Source of the DNA: Deltaproteobacteria bacterium
GTDB lineage: Bacteria > Myxococcota > Kuafuiibacteriia > Kuafuiibacteriales > Kuafuiibacteriaceae
Direction of reading: 5' to 3'
Length of the DNA stretch: 64,000 nucleotides
Assembly (NCBI GenBank): GCA_040218735.1
Contig: JAVJQW010000023.1
Location: forward strand, 640,001-704,000
Positions 38,741 to 47,461 of the stretch are shown in pieces; positions within the stretch are counted from its first letter, which is position 1, and each line of letters starts with the position of its first letter. Below the pieces are notes generated by a model that did not search any database, was not told the origin of the DNA, and saw only the letters and a list, made by a program, of their open reading frames with translations. Both the position numbers and the translations under genes were made by a program.

Positions 38741-40456
38741 CTACTCGACGAGGTTCGGGAACTTGTTCTTCAGCAGGTCGCCGAGCGTGCCGAGGCCCTT
38801 GCCCTTGCCGCTCTCCTTGCCGAGGTACCCTTCGATCTCGGCGCGCTCCTCGGCCTCGGCCGCGGCGCGGATCGACAGGCGAATCTTGCCGGACTTGGTG
38901 TCGACCTCCTGGACCACGACCTTCACCTTCTGGTTGTTGTCGAACTCCTTCTTGAGGTCGGTTCCGCGCTGCGTGCCGGTCTCGGCCGCGGGCACCAGGC
39001 CACGCGCGCCGCTCGGCAGCTTCACGAAGACACCGAAGCTCTCGATGCGATCCACCGTGCCCTCGAAGACCGTGCCCTGACGAAGCTCGTTCGCGAGCTC
39101 CTGGGGCGTCTTCACGAGCGACAGCCCGATGCGGCGCTTGCTCCAGTCGACGGTCACGACCGTGGCCTCGACCTCCTCACCTTCCTGCACGACGTCGCGC
39201 GGGTTGGCGATGCGGCGACCGAGCGCCATGTTCGAGATGTGGATCAGGCCGTCCACGCCGGGGAGGATCTCCACGAACGCGCCGAAGGTCTGGATGCGAG
39301 CCACCTTGCCCGTGACCTTCTGGCCTTCCTTGATCTGATCCTGCGCGACGGTCCACGGGTCCTGGCTGAGCGCCTTGATCGAGAGGCTGATCTTCTTCTG
39401 CGAAGGATCCTTGCCATCCTCGATGCGCAGCACCTTCGCCGCCACGGGGTCGCCGACCTTCAGCACCTCGCGCGGCTTGTGGATGTGGCCGTGCGAGATC
39501 TCCGAGAGGTGCACGAGGCCCTCGACGCCGCCGATGTCGACGAACGCGCCGTAGTCCTTCAGCGAGGTGACGGTGCCCTGAACGGTGTCGCCGGCGTTGA
39601 GCGTCGACAGAACCTTCTCGGCCTTCTTCTTGTTCTCCTCGATGAGCAACGCGCGGCGCGACACGACGATGTTGCGCCCGTTGTCCTTCATCTCGGTGAT
39701 GCGGAAGTGGAACTTGCGGCCGATGTAGTTCTCGCCCTTGCCGGGCCGGAGATCCATCTGCGACGCCGGGCAGAACGCCCGAATGCCCGCAACCTCGACG
39801 TCGAACCCGCCCTTGTTCTGGCCGGTGACGCGCCCCTCGACGGGGATGTTCGTGCGGTGCGCTTCCTTCAGCTCCTCGCGGTTCTTGAGGGACTGGTGCG
39901 GGAGGACCTTCGACAGGATGACCGTGCCGCCGTCGAACTTGCGAACGCGCGCCTCGACCTTGTCGCCTTCCTTGAGGTTGAGCTCACCGTTTTCGTCGAC
40001 GAGCTCCGACTTCGCGATGACACCTTCCGCCTTCGCGCCGATGTCGAGGAACACACTGTCGTGTGAGAAGCCGACGACCTTCGCGAACAGGACCTGACCG
40101 GGGCGGATGTTGCCACCGATCGCTTCCTTCTCCGCTTTGCGCTTCTCGGCGCTCTGCTTCTCCGCGAGCTCGAACATCTCGGCGAACGACATGTCGCCTT
40201 CCTTCGGCAGCTCGGGCGCACCGTCCGTCTTCAGCTCGGGTGCGTTCGTGTCGGGCTCGGACTCGGCGGCGGCAGCGCCGTTCGCTTCCGGCGTCGGAGC
40301 GTCTTCGCTCTTCGCCTCGGTCGCCGCGGCGACCTCGTCCGTGGCGCTCGCGACTGCGGGCGCACCCTCTTCCTTGCTCACGCCGTTGGCAGGCGCCGCG
40401 GCCTCGGGGGCTGCGGTCGTCTCTTCGGTCGTGGCTTCCTTGTTCTCGGCCATCAT
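38741..40456 (-). CDS. rpsA: Ribosomal protein S1-like protein with multiple S1 domains and acidic N-terminal extension
   Basis: LDIGAKAEG, AFCPASQ, YGAFVDIGGVEGLVHLSE, FGAFVEILPGVDGLIHIS, FGVFVKL, C-terminal LGTLGDLL; may be a paralog. Confidence 0.75.
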   Translation of the reverse strand: MMAENKEATTEETTAAPEAAAPANGVSKEEGAPAVASATDEVAAATEAKSEDAPTPEANGAAAAESEPDTNAPELKTDGAPELPKEGDMSFAEMFELAEKQSAEKRKAEKEAIGGNIRPGQVLFAKVVGFSHDSVFLDIGAKAEGVIAKSELVDENGELNLKEGDKVEARVRKFDGGTVILSKVLPHQSLKNREELKEAHRTNIPVEGRVTGQNKGGFDVEVAGIRAFCPASQMDLRPGKGENYIGRKFHFRITEMKDNGRNIVVSRRALLIEENKKKAEKVLSTLNAGDTVQGTVTSLKDYGAFVDIGGVEGLVHLSEISHGHIHKPREVLKVGDPVAAKVLRIEDGKDPSQKKISLSIKALSQDPWTVAQDQIKEGQKVTGKVARIQTFGAFVEILPGVDGLIHISNMALGRRIANPRDVVQEGEEVEATVVTVDWSKRRIGLSLVKTPQELANELRQGTVFEGTVDRIESFGVFVKLPSGARGLVPAAETGTQRGTDLKKEFDNNQKVKVVVQEVDTKSGKIRLSIRAAAEAEERAEIEGYLGKESGKGKGLGTLGDLLKNKFPNLVE

Positions 40457-40568
40457 TGAACTTCTTTGTAGGTCCCCTTACTGGGGGAGGCGCGTCGGTT
40501 ACATGATCCGTGCGAGCTTGTCACGCCCCACCTGACGGCGTCGCCAGGGGGCCGCCAAGCCGCCCGGA

Positions 40569-41294
40569 TCACTGGATTCGTTGGAGCACACCGCCGGCGA
40601 CCTCGACGAGGCCACCCATCGGATCCGCCACGCCGACGTCGAACTCGACGCAGTCGACGGCGATCGGCTGAAGGCCATCGTTGATGGTCAGCTCGTCGAA
40701 TCCGTAGGTGATGAACATGACGGGACGCTCACTCGCGAACAGCGACATGTTGACCCGGTAGTTCTGCTGGTTGTCGGTCGTGTCCAGGTACTTGGTCCGC
40801 AGCACGTTGAAACACGGGTTGTGCCAGTCGTTCCACGCGATCGTCGCGGGGACGTCCGCGCAGGACAGGAGCAGCCCGCCGGCCGGCTCGCGATCGACGG
40901 CCATCGTGATGATCGACTGCACGTCGGTCTCGAGGCCGGTCAGGCCGATGTTGACCACGTGGGAGTTGCCGGACGGGATCGGCGTCGGCGTCTGGCACTG
41001 GCCCGTGTAACAGAGGTCGCCGTAGTCCACTGGGCAGTCCGGGCAGTCCGCCTGCGGGTTGCGCTCGTCGCCGCAGTCACTCGACGCCACGCACTCCGGG
41101 TTGTTCTCTGGGATCGTGCAGGTCGCGAGGACGCCGCCGTCGGGCGGAGGACCACCGTCACGGAAGCCTCCATCACGGTCCATCACGTCCGTGTCGTCGT
41201 CCGAGGTATTGCCGGAGCACGCCGCGCCAGCGAGCGCGACGGTGAGGAGGGCGACGAGCCCGTTGCGGCGTCGAAACGAGAGCAGTGCTGTCAT
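40569..41294 (-). CDS. Cys-containing lipoprotein of unknown function
   Basis: Lipobox AGAAC, RDGG linker. Confidence 0.7.
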   Translation of the reverse strand: MTALLSFRRRNGLVALLTVALAGAACSGNTSDDDTDVMDRDGGFRDGGPPPDGGVLATCTIPENNPECVASSDCGDERNPQADCPDCPVDYGDLCYTGQCQTPTPIPSGNSHVVNIGLTGLETDVQSIITMAVDREPAGGLLLSCADVPATIAWNDWHNPCFNVLRTKYLDTTDNQQNYRVNMSLFASERPVMFITYGFDELTINDGLQPIAVDCVEFDVGVADPMGGLVEVAGGVLQRIQ

Positions 41295-41339
41295 CGGGTT
41301 CGCGCCGATCTACCGCGACCGACGGGGGTTCGGGCAAGG

Positions 41340-41825
41340 TCAAATCATCGCATTCACGAAGTCGTCGACCAGCGCCGCCAGCCGGGCGCCGTGACCGGTC
41401 GCCTCGAGGCGGCGCGCGTCGTCGTCCGTGACCGTCAAACGCAGCGCGATCCACTCCGGCGGCGCGGCCTCCGGGATCTGGTCGATCCACTCCACGAGCG
41501 CGAAGCCGGGGGCGTGGAAGAGATCGCGATCACCGATCGCCGCGAGCTCGTCGTAGTCGCCGAGGCGGTACAGATCGAGGTGCCGGACCTGGGGATCGGT
41601 GTCGTACACCTGCGCGATCGCGAAGGTCGGGGAGGTGACGTAGAGGTCCTCGTCGGGCGCGATGCCGGCCACGAAGCCCTGCACGAAGGTCGTCTTGCCG
41701 GCGCCCAGATCTCCGATCAGGCCGATCACGACGGACTCGGGGCCGTGGGCGACGAGGTGCCGCGCGAAGGCGGCCGCCCAACGCTGCGTCGCGTCGACGT
41801 CCCGGAGCGTCCAGGTCCTCGTCAT
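41340..41825 (-). CDS. tsaE: tRNA t6A biosynthesis ATPase
   Basis: GDLGAGKTTF, VTSPTF, HLDLYRL, LVEW; downstream of nnr as usual. Confidence 0.95.
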   Translation of the reverse strand: MTRTWTLRDVDATQRWAAAFARHLVAHGPESVVIGLIGDLGAGKTTFVQGFVAGIAPDEDLYVTSPTFAIAQVYDTDPQVRHLDLYRLGDYDELAAIGDRDLFHAPGFALVEWIDQIPEAAPPEWIALRLTVTDDDARRLEATGHGARLAALVDDFVNAMI

Positions 41826-41949
41826 CGACGCCGTCTCCTCGAGGGGCCCGGCGCGACGCGGGCAGGCCGGGGGCCCGTCCCGGTGCATCGCGTGCGGACG
41901 ACGAGGCTCCCCGGGGCCCGGCGCGGAGAATGAACGCGGCCCACGATGC

Positions 41950-43479
41950 TCATGGGTCTTCCCGCTGGCGCTCGGCGAGGACGTCCCCCACCGCGAGGAT
42001 CAGATCGCTGGCGAGAAGCGCCGGCTCCCCCTTGTGCTTCGCGGCGAGATCCCCCGCGCGGGCGTGCAGCTGCGCGCCCCCGCGCGCGGCGAGCTGCGGC
42101 TCGACCCCCTGCGCGAGGAGCCCGCCGATGACCCCCGCGAGGACGTCCCCGGTGCCTCCGCTCGCCATACCGGAGTTCCCGGCGACGACGACGCCGACCT
42201 GCCCGTCCGGGCTCGCCACGACCGTCGACGCCCCCTTGAGCACCACGTGGGCTCCGGTCTTTCGGGCGAGCGTCGTCGCCGCGAGGACGCGGTCCGCCTG
42301 GATCGCCGGGGTGTCGAGGCCGAGCAGCGATCCCATCTCCCCGGGGTGCGGGGTCAGGATGGTCGGGGCCTCGCGAGCGGCGAGCCACTCGACGTCGGTG
42401 CCGAGCGCGACGAGGGCCCCCGCGTCGACGAGCGCCGGTTTGCGCGACGCCTCCAGGACCTGTCGCACCAGCTTCTTCGTGGTCTCGGTCGGCGGGAGCG
42501 ACGGGCCGATCACCAGCGCCGTGCGCGTCGCGAGCGCCGCCTCGAGCTCCGCGACCCCCGCCAGCGATAGCCCCATCAGCTCGTCGAGCTGCCCGGCGAT
42601 GCGCTCGATCGTACGTGCGTCGCTCCCCACCGTGACGAGCCCCGTCCCCGCGCGCAGCGCCGCGCGGCCCGCGAGCAGCGCCGCCCCGGGGCGATCCGGG
42701 ACCCCCGCGACGATCATCAGGTGGCCGTACGTCCCCTTGTGCGTGTCGGCGCCGCGCAGCGGGACGGCGAGGTCGATCTCGTCGTCGTCCACGACCTCCG
42801 CCCAAGGCTCGACGTCGGCGAGGCGCGAGGCCGGCAACCCGATGTCGACCGCGCGAAGCTCACCGGCGTACGCGCGGCCCGGGTAGAGGACGTGACCGAG
42901 CTTCGGATGTTGGAACGTGACCGTGAGATCCGCCTCCACCGCGACGCCGAGCACCTGGCCGGTGTTGGCGTCGATACCGGAAGGGATGTCCGCGGCGACG
43001 ACGCACAGCCCGTCGAACCCGAGCGCACCGATCGCGGCGGCGTACATGCCCTCGACGGGGCGGTCGAGCCCCGTGCCGAAGATCCCGTCGATCACGTAGC
43101 TCGCCTGCTCGGCGAGCGCACGCAGGCGCGAGCCGACGACCTCCCCCTCCAGGAACGTCGCGTCCAAGCCGAGCGCCGCGGCGATCTCCAGCTCGGCGAG
43201 CAGATCCCGCGACAAACGCTGCGGGTCCCCGAGGACGACGAGCTCCACCGGCAGCCCGCGCTCGACGAGGTGCCGCGCGGCGACGACGGCGTCACCGCCG
43301 TTGTTCCCGCGCCCGGCGACCGCCAGGACCAGACCGGGCTCGTCTCGCCAGAGCTGATAGACGGCTTCGGCGACCGCGCGTCCGGCGACCTCCATCAGGA
43401 CCATCGACGGGATGCCCACGTCCTCGATGGCGATGCGATCCAGCTCGCGCATCTGTTCACGCGACAGGAGCGTAGTCAT
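41950..43479 (-). CDS. nnr: Bifunctional NAD(P)H-hydrate epimerase/dehydratase
   Basis: LMEVAG, GRGNNGGD, DGIFGTG, DIPSG, HKGTYGH, LTPHPGEM, GGTGDVLAG. Confidence 0.95.
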   Translation of the reverse strand: MTTLLSREQMRELDRIAIEDVGIPSMVLMEVAGRAVAEAVYQLWRDEPGLVLAVAGRGNNGGDAVVAARHLVERGLPVELVVLGDPQRLSRDLLAELEIAAALGLDATFLEGEVVGSRLRALAEQASYVIDGIFGTGLDRPVEGMYAAAIGALGFDGLCVVAADIPSGIDANTGQVLGVAVEADLTVTFQHPKLGHVLYPGRAYAGELRAVDIGLPASRLADVEPWAEVVDDDEIDLAVPLRGADTHKGTYGHLMIVAGVPDRPGAALLAGRAALRAGTGLVTVGSDARTIERIAGQLDELMGLSLAGVAELEAALATRTALVIGPSLPPTETTKKLVRQVLEASRKPALVDAGALVALGTDVEWLAAREAPTILTPHPGEMGSLLGLDTPAIQADRVLAATTLARKTGAHVVLKGASTVVASPDGQVGVVVAGNSGMASGGTGDVLAGVIGGLLAQGVEPQLAARGGAQLHARAGDLAAKHKGEPALLASDLILAVGDVLAERQREDP

Positions 43480-43563
43480 CGAGGCGGGCGTAGCAGGACG
43501 GGGCGGCGGAGTCATTCCTCGCCGACGCTTGCGTGTCGCGCCGGGGATACGGTACGCGCTCGG

Positions 43564-46236
43564 ATGATGCGTTGGGTCGTTCCCTTCCTGCTCGTCCTCG
43601 TCGCGTGCGACGTGGAGCCACGCGACGAACCGACACCGACCACGACGGCGGACGCGGGTCCGAACGACCGCGACGGCGGCGTGCGCGACGGCGGCTCGGA
43701 CTGCCGCCTCGGACAGGTCACGTGCGGCGCGAACGAGTTCTGCACCTCGGACGGGATCTGCGTCGCACGAAACCGCGGGTGCACCTACTCCGCGGACTGC
43801 GCGGCGGGCGACGTGTGTGTGAAGCCTTTCGTCGCGACGAGCACCGTCAACCCCGGCGCCTGCGCGGCGCGACCGAACGGGTGCTCCACCGACGCCGAGT
43901 GCGGCGGCGGCCGGTGCCTCGGGGTCGGCGTGTGTGGCCCGCAGGCGGACCGCTTCGAGGTCAGCGGAACGTCCCCCGTACCGGTGCTCGCGTGCAGCGA
44001 CGACCGGGTGTGCGGACCCGGCTCGGTGTGCCGCGGGACGGAGTGTGGGCGCTGCCAGGAGGACGACGACTGCCCGCGCCGGCTCGCGTGCGGCGCGGAC
44101 GGCTACTGCGCGGAGCAGCCGAGCTGCCTGTCCGACGACGACTGCTACGAGGGCAACGTGTGCGGGCTCGACGCGCTGTGCGCGCGGCCTTCGATGGGGT
44201 GCCCTTCGGACGCCGGCAACGACTTCGCGTCGGGGGCGATCGTGCTTTCGGACGGGTGGTACGGCGAGGGCTCGATCTGCGGCGACGACGTGGACTGGTA
44301 CACCGTCGACATCCCTCATCTGTATGGGGCGTTCGTGGTGGTCACCGCGACGAGCGCCTACGCGACGCTGGACGTCGAGATCGAAGCGCCCTCGGAGACG
44401 ACGGGCTTCGTGCGGACGCTGGACCTGCCGAACGTGGTCGCGTTCGCGGTGCCGCAGGTGTTCCTCGACGATCCGGACGGATCGGCGTCGCTGTACTTCT
44501 CGGTGGCGACGCTCGACGTGAACGCGGACTACACCGTCGAGGTGATCGCGGACCGTCGCGGGTGTGCGGACGCGTTGGATCTGTATGGGGACCGCGCGGA
44601 GCACGCGTTGGCCGCGCCGCCGAACGTCGCCTTCGAGCGCATCGCGTGCCCGAACGGCGCGGACCGCGTGGCGGTCGACGCGCTCGACGGGGACCAGGTG
44701 ATCGTGAGCGGGGCCTGGACGTCGTCTTCGCTGGACGTCGACTTCTTCCTGCGCGCGTCGGGCGGTGAGCTCCTGACGACGACGCCGACCGTCGCGAGCA
44801 CGTCCGAGGAGACCGTGACGAGCAACGTGCTGGGGGCGGCGGATCGGCTGACGGTCGAAGCGCAGACGCGTTTGGCGCCGACGGCGGGCACGACCTACAC
44901 GATGTCGGTCACGCGCGACCTCGGGACGCGCGAGGCGGTGTGTCAGAACCCGGCGGATCTGATTCTATCGAATGGAACGGCGTCGTTCATGGACACGTTC
45001 ACGGGGGCTTCGAACCTCGGGCGGCCGGCGTGTGAGCCGGTCGAGTTCTGCGCGGGCGCGCTGTGTGAGACGTACGCGGCGTACGACCGGCGGGATCGTC
45101 TGTACCGCGTGGAGCCGCCGATGGTGCCGGCGGTGCTGACGGCTTCGGTGCGTCCTTTGGATCGGGCGGCGGTGCGGATGAGCGTGGCGTTGCTGTCGAC
45201 GTGCCTGGACGACGCTTCGGACGTCGTGTGCAACTCGTCGCCGCTGGTGCGGAACGGGACTTCCTTCGAAGCGCAGCTGACGGAGGCCGGGCCGGTGTTC
45301 TTGATGGTGTCGAGCGACGGGGAGATCGAGGACTTCGACTTTCAGCTCGACGTGACGGTGGAGCCGATCGCGCCGCCGCTGAACGACGTGTGTTTCGACG
45401 CTTCGGAGCTCGCGACCTCCGGCGCGCAGCGCGTAGCTACGTACGGCGCGGCGAACGACGACCAGCTCCGCGAGACCGGGATCTGCGGGCTCGCGACGTA
45501 CGGCGCGGGGCCGGATCGGTTCTACCGAATGACGTTGGGCGCTCGGGAGCGTGCAGCGGTGGAGCTGACGGGTCCGCAGGGGGGGTACCTGTGGGCCGGT
45601 ACGAGCTGCGCGGCGATGACCGAGACCTGCACGACGGCGGCGACGATCGAGACGGACTTCACGCAGCCGGTGGCGATCACCACGTTCGAGCCCGGGGTGG
45701 ACCAGACGTTCTACGTGGCGGTCGACGGGCTGACGCGCGTGATCGAGGGGACGTGGACGCTCCGAACGATCCGAGAGCCGCAGCTGCAGTGCCTCGACGA
45801 CGACGACTGCGCCTCGCCGCTACGCTGCGACGACTACGCGTGCCGGCCGGTGCCTCCGTCGGACGTGTGCCCGGGTCAGGCGGTCACGCTGACGGACGGA
45901 TTTGTGTCGATCCAGGGGAGCACAGGGGCGGCGACGGACGACTACGCGGTCATCAGTCGCGGAGCGCCCGACGTGGTGTATGCGGTGACGCTCCCGGCCG
46001 GAGTGACGGAGGCGGCGTTCCGGATCTCGGACGCCCGCTTCGACCCGCTGCTGTCGGTCCGACGCGGGAACTGCGCTTCGGATCCCGCGGAGGTGATCGT
46101 CGACGACGTTCGGTATCCCGACGTGCTGCTCCCGGAGGTGCGCCTCGAAACGCCACCGGCCGGGACGTACTACGTGATCGTGGACGCGTTCGCGGGCGAG
46201 GGGCCGTTCACGTTGGAGATCGAGACGGCGCAGTAG
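43564..46236 (+). CDS. Large Cys-rich surface lipoprotein with PPC-like beta-sandwich repeats
   Basis: Lipobox LVAC, RDGG linker, CxxDxDC modules, DVDWY, PDVVY, YYVIVDAF. Confidence 0.8.
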   Translation: MMRWVVPFLLVLVACDVEPRDEPTPTTTADAGPNDRDGGVRDGGSDCRLGQVTCGANEFCTSDGICVARNRGCTYSADCAAGDVCVKPFVATSTVNPGACAARPNGCSTDAECGGGRCLGVGVCGPQADRFEVSGTSPVPVLACSDDRVCGPGSVCRGTECGRCQEDDDCPRRLACGADGYCAEQPSCLSDDDCYEGNVCGLDALCARPSMGCPSDAGNDFASGAIVLSDGWYGEGSICGDDVDWYTVDIPHLYGAFVVVTATSAYATLDVEIEAPSETTGFVRTLDLPNVVAFAVPQVFLDDPDGSASLYFSVATLDVNADYTVEVIADRRGCADALDLYGDRAEHALAAPPNVAFERIACPNGADRVAVDALDGDQVIVSGAWTSSSLDVDFFLRASGGELLTTTPTVASTSEETVTSNVLGAADRLTVEAQTRLAPTAGTTYTMSVTRDLGTREAVCQNPADLILSNGTASFMDTFTGASNLGRPACEPVEFCAGALCETYAAYDRRDRLYRVEPPMVPAVLTASVRPLDRAAVRMSVALLSTCLDDASDVVCNSSPLVRNGTSFEAQLTEAGPVFLMVSSDGEIEDFDFQLDVTVEPIAPPLNDVCFDASELATSGAQRVATYGAANDDQLRETGICGLATYGAGPDRFYRMTLGARERAAVELTGPQGGYLWAGTSCAAMTETCTTAATIETDFTQPVAITTFEPGVDQTFYVAVDGLTRVIEGTWTLRTIREPQLQCLDDDDCASPLRCDDYACRPVPPSDVCPGQAVTLTDGFVSIQGSTGAATDDYAVISRGAPDVVYAVTLPAGVTEAAFRISDARFDPLLSVRRGNCASDPAEVIVDDVRYPDVLLPEVRLETPPAGTYYVIVDAFAGEGPFTLEIETAQ

Positions 46237-46292
46237 ACGTCCGATTATCGGACCTTCTCGTTCGGTTTTCGGACGACGTTCGATTATCGGAC
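46236..46292. repeat. Three ~18-bp palindromic direct repeats upstream of rpn
   Basis: GACGTCCGATTATCGGAC (46236), CTCGTTCGGTTTTCGGAC (46257), GACGTTCGATTATCGGAC (46275). Confidence 0.75.
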
Positions 46293-46350
46293 GATCGGCT
46301 TCGCTGGCTTGGGCGTCGCCGGTGGCGCGGGCCTTGCTCTTTCGGTGCGC

Positions 46351-47460
46351 GTGACGAACACGCCGCACGACGCGTTGTTCAAGCGCTTGTTTGCACGACC
46401 GGAGCACGTTGCGGACGAGGCGCGAGCGGTGCTTCCGGCGGAGGTCTCGGAGGCGATCGACTGGTCGACGCTTCGCCGCGAGCGCGCGGAGGTCGTCGCG
46501 CCGGAGCTGGGGCGGCGGCACACGGACATGCTCTACCGCGCGCGGCTGCGGGGTTCGGACGCGGAGGCGGCGGTGTGGCTCGCGTTCGAGCACCGGAGCC
46601 GTGGGGACCGCTGGATGCCGCTGCGGATGCTACGGACCGCGGTTCTCGAAGCAGACCGCTACCGGGAGAGCCACACGAAGGCGAAGCGGCTCCCGCTGTT
46701 CCTCCCGATCGTCGTCTCCCACGGACCTCGGTGGCGGGGCCCCGTTCGCTACTCCCAGCTGACGGCGGGCGCGCCCGCGCTGAAGCGAGCGCTGGGGGCG
46801 CGGATGCCGGAGCTGGAGCTGATCGTCGACGACCTCGCGGGGTGGGACGAACCGGGGCTCGCGCGGCGGACGTCGTCGGCGTTCCTGCGGCTGGGGCTGT
46901 GGGCGCTCCGCGGGCGAGGCGCTCCGGCCACCGACCGGGTTCGGGCGTGGATCGACGAGATCCGCCACCTCGCGGACGCGGAGGACGACGACGCGCTGGA
47001 GAGTGTCCTGCGGTATCATGCACTGGTCGCGGAGAGCACCGCGGAGCTCGCGGCGGCGCTGAAGACGGTGCCGCGAGGAGAGGAGGTCTACGTGGCGACG
47101 ATCGCGGAAGGGTACTTCAACCGGGGCCGAGAGAAGGGCCTCCAGGAGGGCATCGAGCAGGGCATCGAGAGAGGCATCGAGCAGGGCCTCCAGGAAGGCA
47201 TCGAGCAGGGCATCGAGAGAGGCATCGAGCAGGGCATCGAGCAGGGCATCGAAAGAGGCATCGAACGCGGGCTCGAGCTCGGCCGCAGCGAAGGCCGCGC
47301 CGACGTCCTTCGCACGCTCCTGGAGAAGCGCTTCGGCCCCCTCCCCGTCGAGTTCGTCGAGCGCCTCTCCGCCCTCACGAACGGCGCGTTCGAGCGCTAC
47401 GTCGAGCGCGCGATCAGCGTCGACCGGATCGAAGACGTCTTCGACGCCGACGGAGACTGA
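46351..47460 (+). CDS. Rpn/YhgA-family (transposase_31) PD-(D/E)XK nuclease
   Basis: PHDALFK, RHTDMLY, FEHRS, MPLRML, LPIVVSHG; GxEx tetrapeptide repeats; C-terminal LLEKRFGPL. Confidence 0.9.
   Translation: MTNTPHDALFKRLFARPEHVADEARAVLPAEVSEAIDWSTLRRERAEVVAPELGRRHTDMLYRARLRGSDAEAAVWLAFEHRSRGDRWMPLRMLRTAVLEADRYRESHTKAKRLPLFLPIVVSHGPRWRGPVRYSQLTAGAPALKRALGARMPELELIVDDLAGWDEPGLARRTSSAFLRLGLWALRGRGAPATDRVRAWIDEIRHLADAEDDDALESVLRYHALVAESTAELAAALKTVPRGEEVYVATIAEGYFNRGREKGLQEGIEQGIERGIEQGLQEGIEQGIERGIEQGIEQGIERGIERGLELGRSEGRADVLRTLLEKRFGPLPVEFVERLSALTNGAFERYVERAISVDRIEDVFDADGD
47092..47460 (+). CDS. Putative internally translated small Rpn antitoxin (RpnS-like, 122 aa, in frame)
   Basis: AGGAGG at 47081-47086, 5 nt before an in-frame GTG giving (M)ATIAEGYFNRGREKG. 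Confidence 0.6.
   Translation: MATIAEGYFNRGREKGLQEGIEQGIERGIEQGLQEGIEQGIERGIEQGIEQGIERGIERGLELGRSEGRADVLRTLLEKRFGPLPVEFVERLSALTNGAFERYVERAISVDRIEDVFDADGD
47125..47292 (+). repeat. 12-bp tandem repeat, about 14 units (GIEQ/GIER/GLQE)
   Basis: ggcatcgagcag units with a 48-bp higher-order duplication (47137-47184, 47185-47232). Confidence 0.9.
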
Positions 47461-47461
47461 A

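Noticed and set aside
43480-44604. Extended N-terminus of the nnr ORF (884 aa)
   Set aside because: Antisense to the lipoprotein; Nnr homology begins at 43479
46236-46292. Mini-CRISPR reading of the palindromic repeats
   Set aside because: Units are adjacent (0-3 nt apart) and too short
47125-47292. Possible CRISPR array
   Set aside because: 12-bp in-frame coding units with no unique spacers; no cas genes in the window
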